A stretch of 63,885 nt of DNA, filler included, from Octopus bimaculoides (lineage: Eukaryota), in the NCBI RefSeq assembly GCF_001194135.2. It is 6 parts of 6 records of this genome, joined end to end, with 100 filler letters (N's around TTAATTAATTAA, not from the genome) between each part and the next. Parts side by side here need not be neighbours in the genome. Positions count along the whole stretch, not along the records: positions 1 to 25,324 come from NC_068982.1; positions 25,425 to 45,891 come from NC_068994.1; 4 more parts are not named here. One strand, 5' to 3'. Below are positions 13,506 through 26,428 of the stretch, piece by piece. Below the pieces are notes generated by a model that searched no databases, was not told the origin of the DNA, and worked only from the letters and a program-made list of their open reading frames with translations. Position numbers and translations under genes: made by a program. Numbering within the stretch: position 1 is the stretch's first letter; every line of letters begins with the position of its first letter.

Positions 13506-14426
13506 ATATATATATATATATATATATATATANNNNNNNNNNNNNNNNNNNNNNNNNNNNNNNNNNNNNNNNNNNNNNNNNNNNNNNNNNNNNNNNNNNN
13601 NNNNNNNNNNNNNNNNNNNNNNNNNNNNNNNNNNNNNNNNNNNNNNNNNNNNNNNNNNNNNNNNNNNNNNNNNNNNNNNNNNNNNNNNNNNNNNNNNNNN
13701 NNNNNNNNNNNNNNNNNNNNNNNNNNNNNNNNNNNNNNNNNNNNNNNNNNNNNNNNNNNNNNNNNNNNNNNNNNNNNNNNNNNNNNNNNNNNNNNNNNNN
13801 NNNNNNNNNNNNNNNNNNNNNNNNNNNNNNNNNNNNNNNNNNNNNNNNNNNNNNNNNNNNNNNNNNNNNNNNNNNNNNNNNNNNNNNNNNNNNNNNNNNN
13901 NNNNNNNNNNNNNNNNNNNNNNNNNNNNNNNNNNNNNNNNNNNNNNNNNNNNNNNNNNNNNNNNNNNNNNNNNNNNNNNNNNNNNNNNNNNNNNNNNNNN
14001 NNNNNNNNNNNNNNNNNNNNNNNNNNNNNNNNNNNNNNNNNNNNNNNNNNNNNNNNNNNNNNNNNNNNNNNNNNNNNNNNNNNNNNNNNNNNNNNNNNNN
14101 NNNNNNNNNNNNNNNNNNNNNNNNNNNNNNNNNNNNNNNNNNNNNNNNNNNNNNNNNNNNNNNNNNNNNNNNNNNNNNNNNNNNNNNNNNNNNNNNNNNN
14201 NNNNNNNNNNNNNNNNNNNNNNNNNNNNNNNNNNNNNNNNNNNNNNNNNNNNNNNNNNNNNNNNNNNNNNNNNNNNNNNNNNNNNNNNNNNNNNNNNNNN
14301 NNNNNNNNNNNNNNNNNNNNNNNNNNNNNNNNNNNNNNNNNNNNNNNNNATATATATATATATATAAATAATCCAAGATGGCTGTGATACTCCCGAAATT
14401 CCCTTGCCTTATTTTGGAATTGCTGA

Positions 14427-14456
14427 TTTTCGAACCAATTGTAATTGGTTCGAAAA
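14427..14456. repeat. Perfect 14-bp inverted repeat with 2-nt spacer
   Basis: ttttcgaaccaatt-gt-aattggttcgaaaa. Confidence 0.95.
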
Positions 14457-15079
14457 AGCAAAGAGAGGAACACAGATCAAAAATAGTTTGTGATTTAGGC
14501 AGAAGGCAAGCATTTTTGATGAAGTGGGGTGTCGGTTGCTACTGTCGAATCAAGTACTCGTTCAAAGATTCTTCTTCATCGATTCCGAAAGGACAAAAGC
14601 AAGTATTAAGTATGTTAATTAAGTATGTAAATACATTTATTTGAATTAAGTTTGTAAAGATATTGAACAAATAAGGTTAAACATCTTCCCTGCTGCTTTA
14701 ACGATTATGTCAGCTTATTAATAAAGGTTGGCTGTGGAGAGAAGACATATAGAAATGAATTAATTAATAACTGCAAGTAGATTATTAAATATATTAAACA
14801 ATGAGCAGTTCGTCAGTTAGTGATAAATAATATTGCAAGAACCATTCTTGCCAGTCATTAATAACTATAGAACCGTCCTATTAGTGATAATTATACAATT
14901 AGGATTTTATAAAAATAGGGGAAAATACAGGAAATTGTTAACTTACAAAAATAATAAACGCGCAGAGTACCAAATGAATGAATAAGTAGAAAGAGAGAAA
15001 TAAATATAAAAGTTTCTGAACAGGTCGAAAGCGGATGATTATTGGTATCATCAAAAATTTCTATAAAGTGGGCAAGACG

Positions 15080-15711
15080 CTAGACTTGTCACTGAGCCCA
15101 GAAAATACAAGATATTTGGTCCATCTTTATGTTTGAGTTCAAATTCTGGTAAGGTCAACTTTGCTTATCATCTATTCGGGGTCGATAACATAAGTAGCTG
15201 TTGAACACTGGAGTCGATATGATCGACATAACTCTTGCCCCAAAGTAGATGAACTTGTGTCTAAATTTGTGACCAATATTGTTTTGTACTCTAGGCACAA
15301 GGCCTGAATTGTTTGGGGAGGGGGTCAGTCAATTAGATCGATCTCAGTACGCAACTGGTACTTAATTCATTGACCCTGAAAGAATGAAAGGCAAAGTCGA
15401 CTTCGGTGGAATTTGAACTCAGAATGTAAAGACAGACGAAATACCGCTAAGCATTTCGCCCGGCCTGCTAACGTTTCTGTTTTTGTTTTATTGCTGACAA
15501 GGGGCTAAACATAGAGGGGACAAACAAGCACAGACAAAGGGATTAAGTCGATTACATCGAGCCCAGTGCGTAATTGGTATTTAATTTATCGACCCCGAAA
15601 GGATGAAAGGCAAAGTAGACCTCGGCGGAATTTGAACTCAGAATGTAACGGCAGTCGAAACGCCGCTAAACATGACGCCCGGCGTGCCAATTTTTTGGGC
15701 AGCTCGCCGCC
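15080..15711. mobile_element. Cluster of three SINE family B copies (~15080-15280 +, 15291-15479 -, 15487-15711 -)
   Basis: Each contains the gagttcaaattcc..gtcgactttgcctttcatcctttcggggtcga core or its reverse complement. Confidence 0.85.
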
Positions 15712-16354
15712 ATAATTTGAGAACAATATTATCAAAACTATACCAATCATGAAGCAATATTAGTCACCGCTATTGTTGGATTAACTTCAGTCTTTACCCT
15801 CATTCGCCTATGTATAATTTCTCCCATTCGAATCGGTACGGAGTTCAGGAATTGAAACGTAATGAAAATATAATGAAAATGAGAAAAAACATTATATTAT
15901 AATTAAATATAATAAAGAATATTGAATTATGTATAGAAATCCTAAACATATTCAAACAGACCAGAGTTCCAATCTGTGAATAGAATTGGAATACTTAAAG
16001 TCATTAATGATATATCACTTAATTTTAAATGGGAAATATTTTAAAGTAAGAATTTATGTTTTAATTGCATTAAAACGTGAAAGAAATTAAGTTTGCAAAA
16101 CGTTTATCGACAAAATATTTTTTGAAAACCATAAACTCACTTGAAGAAGGAATATATGCATATTAGATGTCAAAGGAAAAGCAGACAAACATTCATTGCA
16201 ATGATTAAAGTGCAATTTTCCTCTGATTTTCTCATTTTAGATTTTAAAATATAACCCCTATATGTAGGTAAATTAGGTAAGGCTTGCAATACGGAAATTA
16301 ATTCGTTGGAAAAAATTTAAGAAGAGAACGGAAATCAGTGTGTTATAATGCTTT

Positions 16355-16560
16355 CTAATTTTGGCACAAGCCAACCATTTCGAGGGAGGGGTAAGTCGAT
16401 TATATTAACCCCATTGACCAACTGGTACTTATTTTATCGACCCCGATAAAGTTAAAGGCAAAGTCGACTCCGGGGGAATTTGAACTCAGTCCGTAAAGAC
16501 GGATGAAATGCCGCAAAGCATTTGGCCTGGTGTACGAACGATTTTGCTAGATCGCTGCAT
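16355..16560 (-). mobile_element. SINE family B copy
   Basis: ggtacttattttatcgacccc..aaaggcaaagtcgactcc..gaatttgaactcag. Confidence 0.8.
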
Positions 16561-16980
16561 TGGAATAATGCAATGGTATTAACAACAAAAGAGTTAACAT
16601 TAATAATAATTGTAAACATTAAGATTTGCAAAGAAATGGAATTTGATAGATCCAATGGAATGAACTAAAGAATTTCGAAATACGCTGAAATAAGCGATAG
16701 CAATTAAATACCGGAAAGATAGGAGATTATTGGAGACTAATATAGACGTAAATAAAATCATGGAGATTATTACTGAACATATAACAATGGAAGGAACATA
16801 TAGAAAAAATACGGAATTGTAACATAATAGGTTACACAAACGTGTAACATTATTATAAAAATATTATCTTATATTCTGCAATAGTACTAAAAAAAAAACT
16901 CTTGAGATTTGGAGAGACATGTTGTCAGGGAAACTCACCAAAAAATACTACCTAAGTAATTAGCAATCACTAGCGAAATA

Positions 16981-17168
<188 letters not shown>

Positions 17169-17354
17169 GGACCGCTAGGATATCCAGCAGAATTCTTTGA
17201 ATCTAAGGTTTCTTCCGGTAACCCAATACGAGAGTTCTACACATCTAAGGCTACTTGATGTAACCCGATTTTAGGATTCTTTTTTTTCTTTTTTCCAACG
17301 ATCTAACCTGTTGCGTGAATATGAATAATAATGATAATGATAATAATGATAATC

Positions 17355-18790
17355 ACTTTAATAAGATGATCTTAAAAGCTTTTACAAACGACACAAAAAC
17401 TTGTCGAAGCTGTAATGAGAGGTGTCTGGAAATGTATAAAATAGCACCTACTCTGCGAAACTTCTTGTCTGTAAGTAGATCATGGAGAACCACACTGACG
17501 TTCAACAATGACAATGAATTTCATGTGTATTTACCAGGGTAACTCTTTCTCACCACTCCTCATTTTTCTAGCCTTAATGCCCATCTCGAAATTGCTCGAT
17601 GATGTACAATTCGGCTACAAAATGTTTTGATAAAAATATAATTCATCTCATTTACATGGATGATTTAAAGCTCTTTGCAATAAATGACCAACAACTACAG
17701 GGTTTACTAGCGGTTGTTAAACAATTCAGTGAAGACATCAGGATACAATTTGACCTCGCTAAATGTGTAAAAACTGTCTTTATCAAAAGAAAAAATGAAA
17801 AAAACATCCATCGTTAATATTGACCAACAGAAGGAGTTAGAAGCAGCGGAAAGTTACAAATATCTATGGGTATTTGAAAGGGACGGAATAAAACATTCAG
17901 TGATGAGTGAAAGGATCAGAAGAGAATATCATCGCAGGGTGAGGGCAATACCCAAGGCAGAGGTGAATGCAAGAAACAGGATCGAAGCGATCACTACCTT
18001 AGCCATTCTGGTCGTGACTTACAGTTTCAATATCATTAACTGGTCAATTAATGAATTATGTAAATTTGACAGAAAAAAACGATAATTCTTGACAATGCAT
18101 AGACTAAAGCAGATATAGAACGACTTTACCTGCCCAGAAAAGAGAGTGGCATGGGAAGTTTACAACTGGAATTAACAATGAAGGTTGTCACAATTGGCCT
18201 AGACACCGACCTGAAAAACTCCGATGACTGTCTCAAAACTTGTCTCAAAGCATGAAAACAAGAAAGTATCATACTCAGTAACAAAACAGACAAACGATTA
18301 TATAATTGAATTCGAAATACAACAAATTCCAGAATTAGACGTACTAGAAACAAGAAGACAAAAAGCTTAGAGTATGAAAACCCGTGCTAAAATTGCTGCC
18401 TTAGATATTCTGACTGGTAAATGGCAAGAAAAACCTCTGAAAAGGAAACACCCAAAGAGAGCTCATACTGCCGATGTTGACAAAGCCCTTACCCATCAAT
18501 GCTGTGTGCCTTCTGGCTTAAAATCAGAAACAAAAGGGTTTATCACAGCAGCCCAAGATCAATGCCTACCTAAATCAACAACCAGGCTAACATATTAAAG
18601 AACGGCAGTAGCCCAACATGTCGTGTATGTAAACAACAAAATGTAAACATTGTTTATGTTGTTTCCATATGCAGTCATCTTGCATGATATAACTCAATAG
18701 GCATGATATAACTGCACAGTATATTCAGTGGGTAATTTGCCAAAACATGGACCTACCCGATGATAAAAAAACTGTTCGGAACACAAACCA
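17355..18790 (+). mobile_element. R4/Dong-clade non-LTR retrotransposon relic (RT through zinc finger), frameshifted
   Basis: Fragments read KAF..CLEMYKIAPTLRNFL..W.TTL; IYQGNSFSPLLIFLALMPISKLL; HLIYMDDLKLFA; YKYLWVFE; AKV-NARNRIEAI; LYLPRKESGMG; LKSETKGFITAAQDQCL; then a decayed CCHC region and ..EHKPPPVLE. This is the domain order of RLE-type R4/Dong elements. Confidence 0.85.
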
Positions 18791-18811
18791 CCTCCAGTGC
18801 TTGAAAAAGAT

Positions 18812-19479
18812 AGATGACTAAATGTGATTTAGAGCCAGAATCGGAGGGTCTAATCTTTGCTGCCCAAGAGCAAGCATTAAGAACCAATTACATCAAATGT
18901 AGAATAGACAACACATCAGAGAGTGTTAAGTGCAGAATCTGTGAACAAAACGGTGAAACCGTACGGCATATTGCCAGTCAATATACGCCACTAGCGCAGA
19001 AAGCATATAAGAGACACCACAACAATATAGCAAGAATTGTCTGTTGGACACTTTGCAACAAGTATGGACTTGACAGAGTTAAAAAGTGGTACGAACATAA
19101 ACTCGAAGGCATCATCGAAAATAATACTGCAAATAACCTATGGGATTTTATGATGCAGTGCGAGCATGTGATAAAGAAAAGGAGGCCAGATTTAGTCTTG
19201 AGGAAGAAAGCAAACGATGCTGGATCAAATATATAGCATGGCCAGCTGACAACAAGATATGCGATAAGGAAGCTTGGGTTAGCTTGGGAGGTTAAGCAGT
19301 CTCGGTCGATGAAAAAGGTGGTAGTAGTTGAAATAATTGTCGAAGACCTGGGAACAATAAGTAAACATCTCGAGAAGTACATGGAACAACTAGGAGCTGC
19401 AATAAGGGTGGCGCGCTTGCAGAAACTAACACTGCTTTGAACCGATCGAATACTTGGATGCTGCTCGAGAAATAAGTGA
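18812..19479 (+). mobile_element. Second R4/Dong-like relic from a different subfamily (zinc finger plus restriction-like endonuclease)
   Basis: DLEPESEGLIFAAQEQALRTNYIKCRID..KCRICEQNGETVRHIASQY..AYKRHHNNIARIVCWTLCNKYGL..WYEHKLEGIIEN..LWDFMMQCEHVIKKRRPDLVL, then ..VVVVEIIVEDLGTISKHLEKYMEQLGAAIRVARLQKLTLL. Confidence 0.88.
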
Positions 19480-19600
19480 TGCTACCTTATATTTTCGAAC
19501 CCAAAAGGATGAAAAGTAAAGTCGAAGTCAGACCGTAACGACGGGTGAAATACCGCTAAGCGTTTCTCTCTGCACTATCGATTTTTCCAGCTCACCGCCT
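19480..19600 (-). mobile_element. SINE family B partial copy
   Basis: cccaaaaggatgaaaagtaaagtcga..gaaataccgctaagc..ccagctcaccgcc. Confidence 0.75.
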
Positions 19601-19679
19601 TAAAAAGAAAGATAAATAATAATAAGAATAAGAATAAGAAAAAGAACAACAACAATAACAACTGAATCTTGAGACCGAA

Positions 19680-19870
19680 TCATAGCCTCGGCATACGTAA
19701 TCCCCCACTCAGAGTATGCTGACAACAGACTGATCGTCCGAACATTGGACGATAATTATCCACCAACTATCAAAGATTACAATTTGCGCAAAGAGACCCT
19801 GTGAGACCTTTGACAACAGGCTGCTGTCCGCTCTCACAGAATCACCCAGAGCAAACACGACAAAGCGTTC
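19680..19870 (-). mobile_element. Tx1/L1-like reverse-transcriptase fragment
   Basis: Minus strand 19765-19683 reads LVDNYRPMFGRSVCCQHTLSGGLRMPRL, resembling the P.V.R..C..P..GGLGMP thumb motif of L1/Tx1 RTs. Short and recalled from memory. Confidence 0.55.
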
Positions 19871-20435
19871 CGCAAAGCAAAACAAACAACAACAGCAATA
19901 ACTATAATTGCACATCTATTGTTGTAATTCTTTGTGACCATCATACTGTATATTCCTTCTTTACATTCCCAGCCAGTTCGTGTTTATTATTATACTCATA
20001 AAACACTCATATATTTGTACATACGCATGTGTGTGTGTGGATATGGGAGTCATGGGTGTCTGAGGGTGAGTCAGTGGGAGGGTGCCTGTGCCTGCGCTTC
20101 AGTGATATCTTCGAAATAATATTTTTTTTCGCTCAGCTATCACCTACGTAAGTGGACTGATATCTGATGAGCCATAAGTTATTCATACCAATGAACATGT
20201 CAGGAGAACTACACACACGAACAAGTACATTGTTATGTATCTAGCGATCTGTTTCTCCCTCATTTTTCCACGTGTGTGATTATGTGTATGCATGCGTACA
20301 TATATACATATGTATTTGTATATATACATATTTATAGATATACATACATAAATACATGCATATATACATACATACGAGCGATGAAAATTGGTGCCCAGCA
20401 CTGCATACGTGGGATAAGATTTCTTCATTTTTGTC

Positions 20436-20439
<4 letters not shown>

Positions 20440-20515
<76 letters not shown>

Positions 20516-20620
20516 GGGGGAGAGAGAGAGGGAGAGAGAGAGAGAGGGAGAGAGAAACAGAGGGAGACACAGAGAGAGGGAGACAGAGCGAAAGATAGGT
20601 AAATAGATAGATAGATAAAA
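20440..20620. repeat. Compound (TA)n-(GA)n-(GATA)n microsatellite
   Basis: Directly visible; explains the RERERE and SLSLSL ORFs. Confidence 0.95.
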
Positions 20621-23600
20621 TGAGAGATAGGTATATACTTACATGTGTATATGTATGTTTCTATGTACATATGCATATATGTATGAGTGTGTATGTATGT
20701 ATATATGCATGTATATGTACACGTGTACGTTTGAAAAGTTAAGTATGTGTAATTGTAATTATGTCGGTAAAAGTATATATAAGATAACCACTAAACAGAC
20801 ATGACAGGGAAAAAGATTGATTGCCAACGGGGGTTACCACACACGACTACACGTCTACCTTCAATGAACTGGTATGAGTAATTAAAACATTTATGTAAGT
20901 TCTATATAAGATAACTTGTCTTTGCACTCGACTGAAAGTTTGATGAATTTTCGAAATCACCTTGTCATAAGAATGGGGAAATATTTACGCCATAAATTTA
21001 ATACCTATTTATTATCTAAATTATGTAGGAATGTCTAAAATGTAGACGTTTAATTTGTTTTGATTGGTAGGGTATTACACGCCACTCAGGTCATTAAAGT
21101 CACCGCACAGCACAGACTTCGTATTTCTCTATGTTTACTTTTCATTTTCTATTTTCATATATTGATGGTCTTGTATAAGTATTATCTCTGAACTTGTGAC
21201 GGTTAGCGAAGTTATGTGACAGATGGAATTATTTTGAAATCATTATGAGAATAATAAATTCTAAATATTAAATATGACAGAAGTATTCTTTTCGCAATGC
21301 CTACAGGATCCTCTCCACTTCTTTGTCATAGGTAAAGGTAGATGATTTGATAGTATTGTGTTACATCAAAAAATCTCTGGAATAGAGAAGATTAGTAAAC
21401 ATTATTTGACGAACGAAGGTCCTTCGAAACTTTTCTATCAAAAAATATATATTGTATGATAAAAAAAAAAAGAAATTAATTTTTTCCATATATTATACAT
21501 GTTATCTTATTTGATATTTTTTCCTTTGGTATTTTAGTTTTGTGTATAAAGTAGAATGTAAATCAAAATAAATCAGCGACAGAAAACTATGAAATATCTT
21601 TCGATTCAGGTGTGTGATGTTACCAGTCCAGAAAAACGGCAAAAAAATTCATATTGGAATCAGAAGGCAATTCCAAATGAGACCTAATTCTTCTTCTGAA
21701 GTCATTTGGAACTAAAACACACGTATTCCTAAGTAGGGAAATAAGTTGGAAATAACGAATGTGGCCTGTATGTTCTATTTGCACATGCGAAACTATATTA
21801 AAGAACAGCCATAGTTGTATATTAGGAAGTTCGCACTAAAATTACGGTATATTGGATACTAAATCTCATTTGAAATTGTTTTATTATGACGAAGGTAATG
21901 TAATTAATATTTTGTCAACGGGGACAACACGGCACTTCTTATTTTTATAGTTATGTGGTTGTGGACATGTTGTTCCCAGCATGCTGGCGCCACTCACAAG
22001 GTAGGCTGCAGCATAGTATATTCCACAAGAAGAGTTCCTTATATTGAGTGCCGCATATGGCGTAGTACGCATGAGCATTCTCGATCCCGTAGCATCTGAA
22101 CATCAAACGGACGGTAGTTATTACATAGGGGCGGCGACAGAATTAAATGGTTTTGGGTTACAATTGAGGACGCATGACCAGTGCGAGTGAGCTGTAGTCT
22201 AAAGAGGCACTAGGTATAATTTACTCTGTTGTTATGTGTGGCTCTGTTAGTTATTGGCTGTCATAACCATGTAGAGTCTTGTAATGTCATTGAAGAGTGT
22301 GAAGGCGGATCTACACACAAAACATGATTCATCTTATCCATCCCACTACGTCTTGTGCCCAGTACATCATGTTCAGTCATTGAAAATGCTAAACTGCAGT
22401 CACTGAATGTGGCCTCAAACTTCCTGCCAAAATCATGTCCGCAAAGGTGACTAAAATATAAAGAAAATAACTGACGTCGCTTTACTGGCATTGAAATCAC
22501 AGGACCGCATCTGAACAATAGGACCCTAAACACCTTCAAAGCATTTACTATTTATTTCAAAGTCTTTACTACAGAGAGGCTACCTCACTATTTCCGTCTG
22601 TCAAATTCAATCACAAGACGATAAATAAATATATAAATAAATATATGATTAAAGCTTCTACAAAATTACGTAAATTGTTTTGATGACCAAGATGTTCTGT
22701 TCATCTAACAAAGGAAATCAAGTGAACTCATTAACGCCGTTTCATGTCCTTTTCTCTCTTACCCTCTCTTTCTCAACACAGCCTCAAACATGCATGCTTC
22801 TATCTACAGTACTCATTATTCCTCGCAGGCCCCATTCCAACTCATATTCGTTCCGAGATTTAAATTGTACTACAAACACATATTCTAAATATGTCTGGCA
22901 TCTAAAGAATTGTAGCATTAGAAATTTGAAAAACAATTTTGACAATCATAGACACAGTACTTCAGCCACGCATTAATACATTAAATATTTCCTTGTTTGT
23001 CAGAAATATACAACAATCGTCTACAACATCGCGGGTAATGCAGTTCAAGATTATACATTTTTTTCTTCCATGTCAGAAGAAGTCCCTCTTAATGACATTG
23101 ATATTTACCCAATGTATAAACAACATGACAACGAATGACTATTATTAATGATGAAGTCAATTTTTAATGTTACTTTATACGTGTTGAATATTTTAAATTT
23201 ATCAAGAGAACAACAATGTATTCTACTGCCAACATTAACGTTCTCTCACGTGAATTTCAATAAAGAATCGGGTAAAAAATTATATATTTCCCAAACGTGG
23301 TTCATAAGCTAACGAACGTGCTACAAGAAATATTACTTGCCATATAATTTTATTCCCTTTTCTTCTATTTCATATAACTGAGCATACCATCTTAACCTTC
23401 TCCACCTTATATTTCTTTGAAAATATAAAACGTTCGTGTTTTATGTGGAGAGAGAGGTAGTTTTGTTTCGTCGATAATTCTATGAAATCTCGTTCTACTC
23501 CATGCATTAAAACATTCGTTATTCACTTCACTTGACCTCACTATAGTTTAACGGCTCTCATCCCTCCTCTATTTTCATTATCCAGTAGCTTCTATCTAAT

Positions 23601-24584
23601 TTATATTGTCTTCTGTTTTCTAACTAACCACCCATTTCCTCTGCTGTAATTTCAAAAACATTACATGGAAAATGGATCTTTTCGTCCACTTTACGCTTTT
23701 CATGGCATCGTTTCTCCTATCCCTACTTTGCTCAAGTCAAACGAAAATACAAAATGTATTTTGTTTCAAACTTTACTCTAAGCCTATTTTCTGCATTTGT
23801 TGCTGCTTTCATTTTCTGTCGTTTATTCAATCATTGTTTCTTTCACATTTATAGATTGTTGTACATTTTCTTCTCGATATGTTTATTTCCTTCTTTATTT
23901 CATTGATTCTACATTCTTGTATCCATTCTCATATCTTTACATACGAAACATATTTTAAAAACCTATTCTTAAACGTTTTTGTTAATGTTCCTCTACACAA
24001 CTTACATATCATGGTTTAATTTATATCGATTGAGCTGCATCGTACAATACGATTGGACATTAATACAAATGACCTCAAGTGAAATAGTATCAATCTCTCT
24101 CCCTCTCTCTCTCTTTCTCTCTTCCTCCTCCTCCACCTCTTCCTCCAATATAACCTAAATCTAATTTCCTACATATTACATTTCATTCCTTAAAGTTCAG
24201 TGTCAACCTTACATGTCGTGAAATATGATGATACACATCTATAAGAAGACAAAAAATGTTCTAGCTGATTAGCAAACTCTAAAGTAGTCATAAGAGGGAG
24301 ATTCTCAAATTTATTATTTAAGAGATTAATGTTCATCAGAAATGTCGTTAAACATTACGAACTAGCTTCTCGGAAATTTTCTTTTCACAAGGAACCTATT
24401 CTCTATGCACATGCACAACCGTCGCTGAAAACTTAGAAATACGTAAAGTTGAAGGTATTATGGATTAACCACCCCACGACAGCTTATATGTTGCAATAAA
24501 CACACGCGCACATAGATGCACACACACACACAAACAAACACATACTCGCATACACACACACACACACACGCATATATTTTTTTA

Positions 24585-24948
24585 ATTCCTCTATTTGTTT
24601 CACTTATTTGACAGCGGCCATGCTGGAGCATCACCTTTAGTCGAAGATATCGACATCACAACTTATTCTTTGTAAGCCTAATACTTATTCTATCGGTCCC
24701 TTTTGCCGAACCACTAACGTTAGGGGGACGTAAACACACTAACATCGGTGTTAAGCAATGGTGGGGTGGGCATATTTATATATATGACGGGCTTCTTACA
24801 GTTTCCGTCTACCATATCTACTCACAAGTCTCTGGTCGGCTCGAGACTATACTACAAGACACTTGCCCAAGATACCAACCAGTGGGACTGAATCTGGAAC
24901 TATGTGGTTGGGAAACAAACATCTAACTGCAAAACTACTCCTGTGCCT
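24585..24948 (-). mobile_element. SINE family C, near full length, degenerate
   Basis: Reverse complement of both head (..ctcctgtgcct at 24948) and tail (ggccatgctggagcatcacctttagtcga). Confidence 0.85.
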
Positions 24949-24988
24949 ATCATATCTATCTATCTATCTATCTCTCTCTCTCTCTCTC

Positions 24989-25324
24989 AAGTGGAAACAC
25001 ATTGGATAGTAGGTTCTATATGCCTCGAAATGGAGGAGGCAAATATATTAGAAATTGCTACTGCAGAGGAGAAAAACTGGGAAGGAGGAAAAAAAGTCGA
25101 AGTCCTCCTCCACATCACTGAAGAGGAGTGCCAAAAGATCCCCACACACATCCAACTGGCAAAGGACCACAAGTTATATGTAGTGGTGGAAGGAAGGCGG
25201 CCACGTTGTTATGTATGCGGCAGCGAGGCACACCTCAAGGACAGTTGCCCAACCGCCGCCAACCAAAAAAAGCAACAAGGGCAACCACCAAAACCCGGAA
25301 AAAAACACTACTACCAACACCACC
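24989..25324 (+). mobile_element. Uninterrupted gag-like/ORF1 fragment with CCHC zinc knuckle (probable Tx1/L1-type non-LTR ORF1), cut off by a gap
   Basis: 112 open codons: ..VEVLLHITEEECQKIPTHIQLAKDHKLYVVVEGRRPRCYVCGSEAHLKDSCPTAANQKKQQGQPPKP.. with CX2CX4HX4C and the preceding V.EGRRP motif. Begins immediately after (TCTA)n(TC)n. Confidence 0.7.
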
Positions 25325-25424
25325 NNNNNNNNNNNNNNNNNNNNNNNNNNNNNNNNNNNNNNNNNNNNTTAATTAATTAANNNNNNNNNNNNNNNNNNNN
25401 NNNNNNNNNNNNNNNNNNNNNNNN
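25325..25424. other. Assembly gap with artificial TTAATTAATTAA spacer (same spacer at 45936-47, 51555-66, 54291-302, 62801-12)
   Basis: Identical 12-mer centred in N runs; it carries stop codons in all six frames, as scaffolding spacers do. Confidence 0.9.
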
Positions 25425-25475
<51 letters not shown>

Positions 25476-26131
25476 CTTAGAGGGAACGGAGTTGTAAAGT
25501 ATTGATTTCTCTGCTTTGAGTCATGGAAAATGATTTCACTCTAAAAAGCTTATTCAGTTTAAGCACTGAGATCTGTGTCAAGAATGTCATAGGTGTTCAA
25601 CTAGAGAATGTCTTGGGTGTTAAATTGAATGAATTTAGTTCACAATCTGTAGTCGAGTCTCAGCTGTAGTCATTTTACTTCCTTTCCATTGTGTATGCTA
25701 TGTATATGAATGTAATGTTGTGTCTCTCATCTCATTGTCTTTTATATCCCTAAAATTCCATGTCTACCAAGAGAAGATACAACAGAATCACTCCAGTTAT
25801 ACGCAATGAAACATTATACATCATCTTATCACTATTTAATGTCAACATTCCATGCTTGCATGGTTTAACCATTTGACAGACTCCAATGTGTCTAAAGAGG
25901 ACATTTGTACTCCAGTGCCTACTTTGGCATGGCTTCTACAGCTGGATACCCTTCCAAATACCACAATGATATTACTTTATGTTAAAAGACATAAATAAAT
26001 AAAGAGAAAGAATTCAGGATTTTTTAAAGACAATTGAAGGTTTTTTTTGTTATTTTTTTCCTGTTTAATATTTTTGGCAAATTAACATTTGTTTCAATCT
26101 ATTTCAATTATTTTGTTTTCTTCCATTTCAG

Positions 26132-26410
26132 AAGTCTGATCGGTCCCTTTTGGCTCAATTCTACTATGCAGATGAAGAGCTGAACATGGTGGCTGCAGAG
26201 CTGGACAGCTTTGATGGTCATAAAGACCCTGAACGCTGCACACTCTTAGTCAACCAGTTACGTGGATGTCAGGACAAAGTGCTCAACATTATCCAAAAGA
26301 TAATGGATAAAGCCATTGACGTTGATAGAGCGAACAGAGATTTCCGTGTAAAATTTCCAGATGATGTTTTGCAGGAAAGCCTTGCTGGTCAACTATGGTT
26401 TGGAGCAGAG
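26132..26410 (+). CDS. ZFYVE28: Lateral signalling target protein 2 homolog (LST2/ZFYVE28), first visible coding exon (internal, phase 0/0)
   Basis: Polypyrimidine tract and ttccatttcAG acceptor at 26130-26131. The 279 nt read [93 protein letters not shown], then GTAAGT donor at 26411. Closely matches the recalled LST2 N-terminus (human ..[41 protein letters not shown]). The rest of the ORF-track ORF to 26653 is intron/repeat. Confidence 0.96.
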
Positions 26411-26428
26411 GTAAGTCAATTAGTTGAT

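Noticed and set aside
25369-25380. TTAATTAATTAA recurring five times as a possible regulatory or repeat motif
   Set aside because: Always centred in N runs; an artificial six-frame-stop scaffold spacer.
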